From NCBI RefSeq assembly GCF_964355755.1, contig NC_092674.1:11160001-11224000 (forward strand): a DNA stretch of 64,000 nucleotides, written 5' to 3'. The translations under genes were made by a program, and so were the position numbers. Each line of letters opens with the position of its first letter. The first letter of the stretch is position 1. Below, one piece after another: positions 28,073 through 41,400 of the stretch. The notes beneath the pieces are model-generated. The model was not told where the DNA came from. It ran no database searches and was given only the letters and a program-made list of their open reading frames with translations. The stretch is from Antedon mediterranea. Taxonomy: Eukaryota; Animalia; Echinodermata.

Positions 28073-28894
28073 GGCCCTGTTTCTGCTGCCAACTAAATAC
28101 CGTATATTATACGGTATTTTTTGAATACCGTATATATACGGTATATTTTTGGCAGCAGAAACTGCGCTCATAAAAAATATACCGTATTTTGTATACCGTA
28201 TTTTCCCCACAAAATTTGTGGATAAAATACGGTATTTACAAATTTATACCGTATTTTTTGTACCCGTTTCTGCTGCCAATAAAAAATACCGTATTTTTTT
28301 TTTACATGACAAAAGGTCAACATTCGTGTTTTTATTTTCTGTCGCTGTCAGCTGCTTTACACGCGTGTATAGATATATTCGGCGAAAATGTGGAGCGAAG
28401 ACGTCACAGTTTTACTAAATAAATGTGTGTGGGGAAGCTAAAATGTCTGGCCAACTAAAAGGTAATAAAAGGGACAACCACATTTATAAAGACATTTCTA
28501 AAAAAATAAAGCAGGAGTATGGAATAGACTTGTCTCCAAAGCAAGTAAACTGAAAGCTGAAGAGCCTGCGAAAGCAGTACAACATTGCAAAATACAATAA
28601 CTCGGGGAGGGAACGAATTATTGTCCCCATTACGATGTTTTCTGTGCTCTCACAACATCTCTATCACTAGGGCTAGGCTGTTGAAAGTGAGACGTAAAAC
28701 TTCCTTTATTGCAACTTTTAATTATCGATCAAATAAATGAATGGCAATTTGGGTAAAAAAGATGAAATTTAACACGACCACCCAAGAAGTATTGTTAGCA
28801 GAAACGGGGTACTAAAAAATACGGTATAAAAAATGCCGTATTTTATACCGTATTTTTATACCGTATTTTGAGCAGTTGCAGCAGAAACAGGCCC
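28073..28894 (+). mobile_element. Non-autonomous PIF/Harbinger-type element with Myb/SANT-like relic
   Basis: TIRs ggccctgtttctgctgc / gcagcagaaacaggccc, TAA on both sides, palindromic TACCGTA subterminal arrays and an internal decayed ORF. Confidence 0.85.
28388..28640 (+). pseudogene. Decayed Myb/SANT-like (trihelix) DNA-binding ORF of a Harbinger element
   Basis: MWSEDVTVLLNKCVWG/(frameshift)EAKMSGQLKGNKRDNHIYKDISKKIKQEYGIDLSPKQVN*KLKSLRKQYNIAKYNNSGRERI/CPHYDV. This fits the W..E...WGE...QL....RN..IY..IS....KxKxL..xY...SG...CPxY pattern of Myb_DNA-bind_4 proteins. Confidence 0.7.
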
Positions 28895-31665
28895 TAAGAA
28901 ACCAACATTGTATAAAATTAACATTGAATATCATAATCTTATCTTACAACAGCAGCTCATTGTAAAGTTGTTTTTCATAGATGTCAATTTACATCTACAA
29001 TTGGCCATCCACGTTGAAATACTGTATAGTTAAGTTTATTAATCTATCATCAACAGGAGTCTGTATTCTAAAACGGTCATGAAAAGCTATTTTAATAACG
29101 TCATTTCTATTGATTTATGTCATAGGATAAGTGACTTCATAGCTTAAAATAGCCAATACTTACATTGGTATTTTAAACTGAACATTGGAATTATAATTTG
29201 TTATTTTGCATGCTTTCCCTCCAAGTACATTTTAAACATTGTCGTAGTCTGAGTATTTCACACAGAATAACATAGTAAAAATTATTGATGTAAAAAAAGA
29301 TGGACAGTTCAAGGTCTTTGTCAATGCCAATCTTGCTACATAGTACAACACATTCAAATGTAATTAGTTGAATTTTAGATATCCCCACTCTAGCATTCAC
29401 ATTTTTGCCACCCATGAAAAAAAAACCCATTTAACATTAATACAACTATAAATTTAGGTTTTTATATTTAAATTTAAACACATTGACAGAAAAACCCTTT
29501 AAAATGTGACATTCTCATTGCCAGAATTTCAGCCATATGAAATATTCATTTTTGTTTGTTTACTACAGCCCATAGAGTTATATTCACACTAGATGGAAAA
29601 CTGGGCGACACAGAAGTGAGATTGTTTTGTAGTTCGCTGTAAAATAATTAAAACATTTTGCTTCAATATAGTTCAAACAAATTCTATTTCTGTATACTTT
29701 CAAACTGCCAATTTCGGAACCTTGTTTGTTTTCTTGCACAAAATGATTTTGGAAATATGTTCCATTGTTTGTGTAATTTCCTGTGGAATATTTAAGTTTA
29801 AGTGAAACAATTGTACTATGTTGGATTTTTGGTTTATTTGAGAACTACTCAAAGCCTATAAATTGGTCCATCAATTCAAATAAGGACCAGTGGTTGCCCT
29901 ATCTGTTCTTCTATAATCAGGTTCATATTCATGATTTTTGACCAAGATGACACAACAGGCAAGACAAGTTTGGGAGGTGTGTGCTTTCTTTTACATATTT
30001 TTTCCAGTTCTATTTAGTACAGGATGGTTTGTAATTCTTTTACACATGGTACTTTGTATGTTACATCTTGTGATTCTATTATTGATTCATTTTTAAGGAA
30101 GATGCCTATAGTCGAATCCCCGATGAGAATTAAACAAGTGTTTGGAGTTTAATTGCAACTACCTGTACAGCAATAAAAAAATGTTGTTTTATATCTCATT
30201 ATAATATGGTCAATAAATGGACGAACTCTCCTACTCCTGTTACTAAAGAATTCTCTCTGTGCATTATTTATGTATACAGTGAGCATACAATAAAAGCTGT
30301 CTGATAGACAGTAGACAAAATAATAAATTCTTTTCTCCAAGGTATGTCACTATATGGTACTGAAACACAACTCTCACAACATTACTAAAAAAGGATTGCT
30401 ATTGTAAAATAGTACAATACAATAAATATATGTGACTGCTCTAAGCAGGTCAGCATCATAGTACCTTCTATACTGGCACAATGAGATATACAGTACAATA
30501 GACTTATGCAAATCAAACGACATATTATACGACATAACAAGTGATGTTTTTTTATACATGAACATGCCTGTTTTGTTATAACTAAGGAAATGGACTAAAA
30601 ACTTGAAAAGCCAATCCTTCTGCGAGAATTCTTAAATCCTTTATAATAATTAGATCTTATATAAAACAAATGTTAAACTGGTGTTCAGGGTTGTACTAAT
30701 AAATTCAACTTCCACGTCTTTATAACAAACTGATGATGAGGTAATTAAATTATTAAGTTCCTAATAAAAATATATAAAAAAGCAGGCAATTGTTGTAGAC
30801 AATAAATTATGTCAATACCATTACCACATATTAACCTGTAACATAATGTGGACATACTAGACGTTATATAATAGTTAAAAAGTTTAAATGTTTAGACCAG
30901 AAAACAGAAGAAAAGATACAGTACCAAATTGATTGAAATCAACTGCTTTTAGAGAAACAGGGAACAGTGTATTTTACTTCCAAGTAGAACATGAACTAAT
31001 AATAGATACCAAGTGGATGACAAAAATATTTCTAAAGACCTTTTCATATGCCTTCTCAGTTAGGCCTACATTATGTTTGAATGATTGTGATTGTGGATAG
31101 TATTTTGGTTTTTTTTTTATACAAAAAACAGAATTTCAAAGAACCATAATTTCTACTTTTTTTTATTGGTCAGTTGGAGAAGCTTTAATTTTTCCATAAT
31201 AAAAGACCAGCTGTAGTATTGAGTAGGCATATAGATTGAAAGGGGCACTTTAGGTCAAAAAAGGGGAAACAGTGTGGACAAACTGTTACTATAGTTGCTA
31301 CAATGTTTGGTTAGTTTAGGAAAGATGTTTGTGTTTAGAAGTAAAACACATACTTGAAATAAAAATGTTAGATACGTTAATTTTATGCATGTTTTAAAAA
31401 TATATATTTGGAAATTGCTTCCTCTTAGCTTTTGACGGAAACTGATCGGAACTACTACATACTTATTGATTAGTGAATGTATGGACCAATCAATCAATCA
31501 ATCTACCAATGAACAAATCCATCAATCACTTAATCAATATTTATCTATGATTACTTCATAGACTCTTTAGGCCTAATATAGACTTTGAAAAAATAAAACT
31601 GCTATCTAGGAAAACAAATTTCCACAATTTTTATGTGTAAAATTCAATAAGAGAGTAAAACTTAC

Positions 31666-31924
31666 AGGATGCGGGTTGCTGTAATCCATGACTTTCTTAG
31701 CGAACAAATAAGTCAGATAACTCAATTCTCAAAGCAAAGTGAAAACAAAATCAGTGACAACAATCAGCACAAAATTCTCGTCCAATCGCAAACAATATCT
31801 TGTAAAATAACCAACAAAAGCAATGCTCACAATTATTGCTCTTTCTATGACCGAATGAGAGACAAATTCATGAAATAAAAACCATAAAGATAGTTTAGCT
31901 TTCGGATATGTTCCAAGAACCGAC
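31666..31924 (-). other. Candidate alternative (poison or alternative-start) mbl exon
   Basis: ttcatgtttccag| ... ATCCT|gtaagt, 259 nt. It has an early in-frame TAA and a terminal phase-0 mini-ORF MDYSNPHP, retains several CpGs and has 4 YGCY motifs in U-rich context. Confidence 0.35.
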
Positions 31925-34771
31925 CTGGAAACATGAACTCCAAAATAGGCATAGATTTGCTAGTCTATAAATTGTATTTTTCTGGTAAATTTTTAAACAG
32001 AGAAGCAGTGTTATCAGCACTGGAGCTAACGCTGTGTTTAAATGATTGTTAAGAGCCATAGGTGAAAATAATATTAAAGGTATTTGTTTAGAATTCCAGG
32101 TCTTGTACCAGGAAGTAGTCAGTGATATTATAAAATAGGTATTTCCTTATTGACCTGTTGAAGATAATTTATGCGTTGATTGTGATTGAAGCAGGAAATA
32201 TAACCAAAAATGTTAACAAATTACATAGAATGAAAACACATGTTGTGTAAATTTATTTCTTAAAAATAAAATTCAGTTTTGAAATTGCTTGTTCCTAACT
32301 AATAATGTATTATTATTTAAAACATGTTTGTTTGTTTCGTTCTTAACATTAATTAAACTATTAAAGAGTTGGGCTTTGTAATATTAAGATCCTGTTCACA
32401 CTTTTAAAGTACGAAACTGACAATTGTATGTCTGTACATTATGGCACGTATGAATGAAATTTAGCATTCTATCCCATAATATTGTATCCTATAAAAAGAA
32501 AAGGTCTGAAACAAAACTTCTATTGTAAAGATAAGTGTTTTTCTGTGTCTGAACACAGTTTATAACTTGACCTTGCTATAGTGACAACATTTTAATTTGG
32601 AGGAAGTCATTAATTAGTAATTGCTAGTAATTAATTTGAAAGTAACTTCTGTCATCATTTAAATAACTTGTTTACTAACTTATTAAGTCTATTTAATGAT
32701 TAACCCAATACTAAAACACAATAAAAAGGCTTTTGACGAAAAAAATATTTGAAAGATTTGAACCAATGATCCTAAGATTAAAAAAAGACCTGCAAGCTAG
32801 ACTGCCATTTTAATGTACCAAAAAGACATTCTTTAAAAACCATGTTACCATTCAAATAACACAACAGATGGGTATGTATATGTGAGTGTTATGAGACTAC
32901 GCTAATACATTTACAATTTCTATAATAACATAATAATTTCTAACATAATTACCAAATTATAATCATTACATTACAATAATTATTTTTAGAATATTCACAT
33001 TCAAAACAAATTCAAATCATAATAATAAAATATAGAATTTTATATTAATATGTCATCTGTCCTTCAATATATTTGGAATTAAAAAATAAATTTATAGCAA
33101 TAAAAATGAATTCTTTGTTTTAAAAGTACTGTACATGAGAAAATGACATAATTTTATCTTTTTAGTGTGAATTAAAAACTGAAATAAAGCTGTGATCAGG
33201 CGTACTATACTAGCTTTTCACAGATTATCTGTACGACTGAATTAATTCTCGGATTAATTTTTATTTTAGAGTTTGATAAATTTGTTGTCATGAAAAGAAT
33301 GAATGTCAAACTTGTGTGTCCTGGTAATTTAGTTGTGATATATATCAAATTGCTTGAGAAAATCCAACCAAATATTTTTACAATGTAAGTAGGTCACCGA
33401 CTACGTACACCATCATAAACATATTCAAAACTTCTACACAGGCAACAATTTTTAAAATGGTTTGTGCTATGTTGGTGAAACAAATATATATTTTACTTCA
33501 AATCAAAAAATGCATGTTGTATAATGTTTTGTTTTAAATTAATAACTATGCATTATATAAATTAAATGCATTGCGATTTGTCTTGTCTATAATCTGAAGC
33601 ATAACAAATACAATCAAATGTAAAAGAAATACATAATTTATGGCCATGATATATATTACAAAATAAAAATTATTTAATAAAAAGAAATTAAAAACATATA
33701 TCATACTCATTACTAAAATATTAATGATTCTTCATGATTTTTAAAGCAAAAACACTATTATCTATACCAATATACACATTATCTTTTATGCGATGGTATA
33801 ATATGCTATAAATTCACTTTCAGATAATTATCTCAATAGCCTATTATCACATTCATGATTCTCTTTGAAGAGAATTCATATTTTCATTAATATTCATAAG
33901 CAATCAACCAATAAGCAATAATAAAAATGAAACCTTGTTAAAAAGAAACCACAAGAAGCAGACAATAAAAAAACGGACAGACAAAGAGAAAAAAACAAGA
34001 CAAAGGCCATCACAACAGATGTCTGAGAATTTATATGGTATGATTTCTACCGTAGATTCTGGAGAAAACTAGATGCTGAAGATAACTAACGAAAGAAGAA
34101 ACAAAACCTGCAATATCAAAAAGCGATTTAAAAACCATAAATAATACTACTACATGTTCAGAATTGATTTTCAGCAGACAATATTTATTATGAAAACTAT
34201 TTTGTCTAGTGAAAATAGTTTTTTGTTTTCCTCTTTTAACAAGTTCTACACAAATTCAATTATTTATTGTAATTGTAAAAAGAAAATGAAATCTAAAAAA
34301 AAAACATCATAAGATTATTCATGTCTAAAGGGTCTAAAATTCATTTCTACTAAACAAACAAAAATTGAATTTGGAAAACACCGTTTTTTTGGAGAGTCCA
34401 ATATTGTCTGGTAAATTTGGTAAACAAAAAATGATTGATAAACTAAACTGAAATACTACTGTATTATGAAAACAAATTCACATTCTATTGCATGGAAATA
34501 TTATTTGAAATCATTCCGGTTTTGGTACCGTATATTTTTCTATTTTTTATTCCCAGGAAATTATCATAAAAAGCATTTCTTCTTCTTCTTATATAAAGTG
34601 TCTAGTTTTATTACCGGAGTATATTTGCATTATTTATAAAATATGTACCTTACAATTGCCTAGGGAATTCTCGAGCTTCAACATTGCTAAGGCATGAAGT
34701 AAAATATCACTTTATGAAAAATCATTTTTCATTGACAAATTACCAATTCATTGAACTTGTTTGTTCTCTTA

Positions 34772-35476
34772 GGGCCTGTTTCTACTGAGCAGGAATAATC
34801 GATTATTTTTGGGCAGCAGAAACGGCGCAAAATGAAATAACCGATTAAAAACACTTCCATTGCGTGTTTAACTGATTATTGCGGAGCAGTTTTTAGCTGA
34901 TACACAAAGAGCGATTATTGACCACATTTTGACCTAGGTCAACTTGTGAGTATGGGTATTTCTCACTCACAAAGCATGCTGTATATTTGTGCGATCGACA
35001 ATTAGCAAAATGACTATGTGGACCGATGAGATAACATGTGATTGTTTTTATTTTGTAGGGGAGAATTATAGCGAGAGGCTCCAGGGGAATAAGCAGGATT
35101 CTACGTACACCGTCACCATCCCACCCAGTCCAGGCTAGCGAGGTTTTGCATGTCCTTTTTTAGGCCTGTCATTTTTCGATAGAGATATGTAGCCTAGTTA
35201 GTAGTAGTAGTACCAACAGCGAAACAAATTTTAAATTTGTAATCCTACATGTGAGAGTTTTAGGATGTAAACAAACCAACACATTGGCCTTCCATAATTT
35301 GAACTGCGTTGTCAGTAATGATGACGTGATTTTTAAAAAGCGCTTACCAGTTAACCGACTAACGTCATAGAAAATGTTCAATTGAAAAAAGCGGACAATT
35401 CTGTGGTTTGTGGTACTTTCTAACTAACTTACTTACTAAAATAAATTATTTTGATTTTTTTAGCAGAAACAGACAC
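34772..35476 (+). mobile_element. More decayed Harbinger-type element of the same group
   Basis: TTA|gggcctgtttctactg left end, an internal gcagcagaaacgg, a relic MTMWTDEIT at ~35010 and a degenerate right end tagcagaaacagacac. A further TIR-like copy lies at ~35801. Confidence 0.5.
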
Positions 35477-38400
35477 ATTTTCATGAAATATTAAGTTTAT
35501 ACAAAAGATTTTTCCAAGAACTTGAAATTTTTTGAGATGGTTTAAAAAGTTAACGCAGATATCAAATTAGTTGTTAGTGATTAGAAATGAAATCAAACAT
35601 TCAGTATATATTTCAACGAGAAGACCTATATGAGATCTTTTAATTTTCAATAAATTTAATGGATTTCCGGAGTAGGATTCGAACCATTTACACGTACTAC
35701 CAGATAGCTTACTTTCAAAACCTAATTGAAAGATGAAATTAGTTTCTTCACATCTTACTAAAGTAAATGATGAGCTAAGATTTATATTAGAGCATTATAT
35801 GGGTCTGTTTCTGCTGAGGGTAGATAACTGGTTAAATAGTAAATGAAACAGAAACAGGACAAATCTGGTTATTGCGACATTTGAGTTAGCTGCAATGCAA
35901 AGTAGCAGCATTAAATAATTCCCCCATTGTAACACTATAATTTGGGGTAACTTTGGAGTTGTTGATTTCACATCTTATTAATTTGTTACACCATACCCAT
36001 AATGGTGATATACTAGTGATATAAAAATGTAAAGAAGATAAGAGTTTTTCAATATAAAAAAATAGTAATTACTGAACAATTTATTAATTGGTATTATTCA
36101 GTAGAAGTACAAGTCAAATAAGACAAACTAATATTCTGATTATAATGCATAGACAAAATCATTTAATCTATTGTGGATTTTCCACAAGATTAAACATGAG
36201 GATTAATATAATATTAATCTACTCATCATGAACTTCACCTTAGATCTCCCTTGGAACATTCCATTATGTCCCAGGGGGAAACTTTTGATATTCTAGTAAA
36301 ATGTGGATAATTATTTAAATTTATTTGCAGAGCCCACGGGAATAAGTTGTATGTTTTATGGAAATACCTGTCAGGCATATCTAGTTGAGATTGTAATGTA
36401 TAAAAATCACAGGAAAATAAATGACATATTACAGATGATCAGGTAGTAGACAGTCACATGCTCTTTTCTTTTTATAAAGGGCGACTCAGTTGTCAATGTA
36501 AGATACAGTTAACAGCATTCACATCTGATTTTAGCAGCATACAATAATGATTGTATAATAGCATATTTTCATTAAACTCTACATTCGTCGGATATACTTG
36601 TGACGTGTCTTGACGAGCTGAATTGTCACCGAGCCATGGCGTGATTAAGAAATGACAAGACAAGATGCAGTAAGACAAGATGCAGTAAGACAAAACATTG
36701 CTGCGTGATTTATGTCCATAAATGATTTAAACTCCATAAACAAAAGAGTGATGACATCAAAAAACCATTCATGATAGATTAAGAAATTCTAAATTGCAAA
36801 ATATTATAGTATGCAGTTCCAAGAAATTTTTTTATATCGCACGAAATCTTGATTATACAGCTATTATATGGATGCTGTTATGTTGCAATGGTATGCCACC
36901 TCCTTCATTGCTAATTGCTAAAAAGATGCAGTAGACCAAATCCAGATTCAACAAATTTAGATGAATGTCTAACCTCTTTATCTTTAGAAGTTATATTAGA
37001 AATACAGTACTACAAATTTTAATATTTTTCTTCTATCCAGACAGTAAAATACATAAATTTGATTGTTTAGTATAGTATAATAATGTTTTTATAGCCTACC
37101 TAGGTTTTCCTTAGCCCACCTAATATTTCTAAAAACCTACCTAATTTTTTCAAATCTTGCCTAATCTTTCTATAGCCTGTCTGGACTTCCCATGACTTGC
37201 ACTGTCTGATTATTCCACAACATAGCCTATTCCTGTAGAAAAGACTATCTAGTCTTTTCATACATAGCCTATCTAGTAGTATTTCCTATGGCCTACAAAA
37301 GTTACTTTAACCTAATAATAAATGTTTAAAACCAAGGTCAACAAGCTATTAAACTAATAATAATTACGCTAATGAAGCATGTTTATTCAATTACTTAGCA
37401 TATCAACTTTAATGGTTAACAGTTAAATTTCACTTCAACTAGGCAATCAGCATAAATTAAAATATTTATGCTATAAGAATTTCAAAGAACTTGACACTAA
37501 ATTTTTAGATAATCTCAGCCACAAATATTCTCCTGAATTTGATAATCTTTTTATTTCTTCAATAATGTCCAGGGCGGTATTTATACCTCCCTAGATCAAT
37601 TTATCAACATACAGGTAAGTGTTATTTTTCCGATATTTCAGCCAATTTTATAAATTCTTATTAATATTCAGAAAGAGTTGCACGGTTTGTTTCATATGTA
37701 AAACTAATCTATATTCTCATCTTTATCATTTGAATAATAAATTAAAGGCCAGGGACAACACTCTATTATTTATATTTATGTTATGCACATGAACAGAATA
37801 TAGCTACACTTTCCTCATGATTGTCACGTTCTAAGTAACAAAGCCAATAATGAGGATTAGTACGCAATGAATTGCTTGACATGTGAATTTTAAAAACATA
37901 ATTTAAGATATTCATACATCAAAGGAACAAGTATATAATATGGAAGAAGATATTGTGTAATGGAATTCACAACTAAAACATTACTTCGGACGAGTAAAAT
38001 AATCGACACGCTTAATGAAAACATTTATACGATTGGAAATTTCTTTTTGAAAATATAAATTTCTAAATTTACAATAGAAAGAATAATATTTTAGTGATGA
38101 AATTTTGAATTAGAAATTGTGAAAGAGATATTCAGTTTAAAATTGTATATACTGTATTACTATTTCAGTATTCCTTACCTACTAAAGAACCGGTACCAAA
38201 TTTAACATTCCACTTAAATTTTAAAAGAATTTGTGATGTAATGACTATGTTTCGATTTGAGCTCAAGGAAGCAGCAGATACTGTACCAGATGGATGATGT
38301 TTAACTACTGTGAGGTAGATTTGTGTCAGAGAGAAAAGTTTAGGTTAGATGTTTTGCTCTACTCTGATGTAAATTGTACTTTTTATACTCGGAATTTGAG

Positions 38401-41400
38401 AACACAAATTTGGTTTTGAATTGTATGCGGCATCAACTCCACAAGGTTGAAATTTTGTTTTCTACAAAATGTATAAGATACAAAATTAGTGAACGAAAGT
38501 CATGGCAGCATCATCATCATCACCTATACAACGCTACTTATGTGACCACATGTTACAATACAGAACTCTAACTGATATTGTTGCACCTTTTTTCAGGAAG
38601 TGTATAAACAAACCAGAGTACAAAAATAAAATCTATAGTCACTGCCTTATAGGTTCTGAAACTAATACCAAAACTGGTCAATAAAGATAACTAAAAGTTT
38701 TAAACCTTTGTTTGCCAACAAAACGACTGCAATCAAGGAAGTTTACCATAAAAAACTGCTGTTTGTTTGAAATAATTCTGTAGTTCCAGTAAACGGAAAA
38801 ATAAATCAATATTGGAATGTGCTTTGAATTTGATGTAGTGCCCTTTTCTTATTGTTAAAGTATGTGACCACAAAATTTGTGTCAATAAGGTAAGGAATGT
38901 TCACTGGCAAATATTGAAAGAAATATGTTCAACCTTTGACAAAAATGTTATTATATTACGCTTACTGATTACTTGTTTATTGTTTTGTACATATTTTCAG
39001 TCTGAAAAGGAACAATCACTAAGGAATTTGTAATTTATTTTATGAAACAATAAACAGTAGTTTTTTAAGTAACAACATATTTCAATATAAACATATAAGA
39101 AAACAAAGTCCAAATCAATTATGAAAATAAATAAATGAGAAACAATATTAACTGTAATTAAAAAAACATGAGTAATTTGCAAGACAGCTGTACTAAGTAT
39201 GACACGGCAACACACAAGATGCATTGTACGCTTACCACAGTGCATCAAACTGGAACAAAAGATTATACAAAACTGATCCTTGCTATCTATTGATAACAAA
39301 GGCAGATGTAAAAGATATCAGAAACACGTTTCATTTTCATATGGGTGGATCAAAGTATTATTGTAAGATTCTCAAACAGATACAGTTAGTCAATAGTTAT
39401 ATTTATTTATTTCTGTCTTTTATATGTTTTTTAGTATCACAGTAATATTTCATTTTCAGATGGCTGGTACTGTATTAAAGTATTATTTTGTTTAGAAAGA
39501 TTCTCAAAATAGTTAATATTTATACTATTTTTTTGTCTTTAACATTTTCAGTATGATTTTGAAAATTTATCACAGATATACATCATTTAGCAAAGACATA
39601 AATAAGGTACAAAAACATGCTACAGAAAATTAAATTTTCCAACAAAAGCCAAAAGAGGAGGACACAAATCCAATTACTAAAAAATACATCCGTATAAGAA
39701 ATATTAATAATATAAAATATATTTGTTATCCTTATAGTATAGGTCTAAAAAATATTATATTGAAATTGAAAAAAAAAAAACCTGTAAAAGTACCTTGGAG
39801 AAATTTAACTTCACAAACCTAAGTAGATAAAATTTAAACAAATGGAATAGAGGGCATACATATTCTAATCTAATAATAACACAAACAAATTGAATAGGTA
39901 ATACAGAAATCACAGGTAAGCTTTAAATAATAAATAAGAAACTATGAAAAAGACCATGCAGTTGTATTTCAGAAAATACACACTACTATCCTTGCATTGG
40001 TACTGAATTAATTTATACAATAAACATGCAAGTACATATAAAAATATTGCATAATATCTAAATTGTTCAAAAATATAATAATATATAAAAATAGATACAT
40101 ATAACTTACACTAAAGCAGACTGCAGACATACTAAAGTAAGCAAACGATGCGCTTTAACAAAGACTGTGATCACTTGGTAATGCCTCGCAGGAGAACCCT
40201 GGACAAATTTGCTAGCAAATCATTTATATGGTAGAGGGCGCCATAACACTTGGTTTTTAACTCAGAAACTTACTTTTACCAGGGAGATGTGAAAAGAAAT
40301 AATGTGCCTACTTTTACAGTAGTTGATATTGATGATAGTAGATGATTTTATTAAATTCATTCAATGAATACATAATCACTCGTTCCTGACATAATAAAAT
40401 GTAAAAAGTGTTCAATAAATGCATTTAATCAACTAATGATGTTTTCAGTATCACTATCATCATTTTTTTAGTTTAAAAATTTCATACTTTGAACACACAA
40501 TTTTGTAGTAAGTTATTTACTTACTTAATATATTGTTCCGGATAATAAACTGTTAAATTTAACCAAAAAACTGTTTGCCTTCTATGCATTATTACTATCA
40601 ATAATTAATACTGGTTTACTATTTTTCTCCTTAAAATTATGGTTTTTATCATTATTTTTTATACTACTACTATGCAACATTAAAATGGCCTATTCAACAA
40701 TTTATGAATCAGTACTTTTAAGGGGATAATATTTACTTTTTTTACCAATTACATCACCAACAAACCATTTGCATTTATGGTGGTACCGTAGTACAGTTGG
40801 TACAATAAAATAAAAATCAAACAAATGATACTTCATGTGCAAGAAGAGTCTGTTTAACAATTATTATTTTATTTTTGTCTTCCACCACACTCTTTTTTTT
40901 AAAAATGTTTAAAATAGAAGAGAAATGTTTTATATTTAAAAAATACAATGATTTGTAGAAAAAGAATGAGTCATTGTATGAGCATTCATGCTAATTTTAT
41001 GACTGTACAGGATCAATTTTACTGTATTACATTCATGACTCGCACATCGTTGGAACACATTTACCCTCATGTACATCTGCAACTTCCTCCCAAAAAGTCT
41101 ATTAATTTAGCTGCCATCTATAAATTACATGTAAAAAACGAACATAAAAATATTCAATATGTTCCCAAATGTCTCATCATCCGAGCAGAAGATTAGAAAT
41201 TTTATTTAGCTTTAATACATATAAGTAGAAAAAACATTGCAATTGATTATGTCAAAAGTAATTAATGAAAAATATCGTTGAAAGTTAATTTGGAAACTAA
41301 AATGAACGAGTCTAAATCAGTGTCAGTTATATATATACATGGTCACATATTTTACATTTTCTGTCGTATCTTTTTTAAGATTCTTTTTTTTTCTAATCTG

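Noticed and set aside
28090-28300. Regularly recurring ATACCGTAT motifs as a possible CRISPR-like array
   Set aside because: Eukaryotic context and no unique spacers; these are subterminal repeats of a DNA transposon.
40110-40198. Possible 89-nt minus-strand cassette exon (gtccag| ... |gtaagt)
   Set aside because: Weak pyrimidine tract, frameshifting, and no other support.
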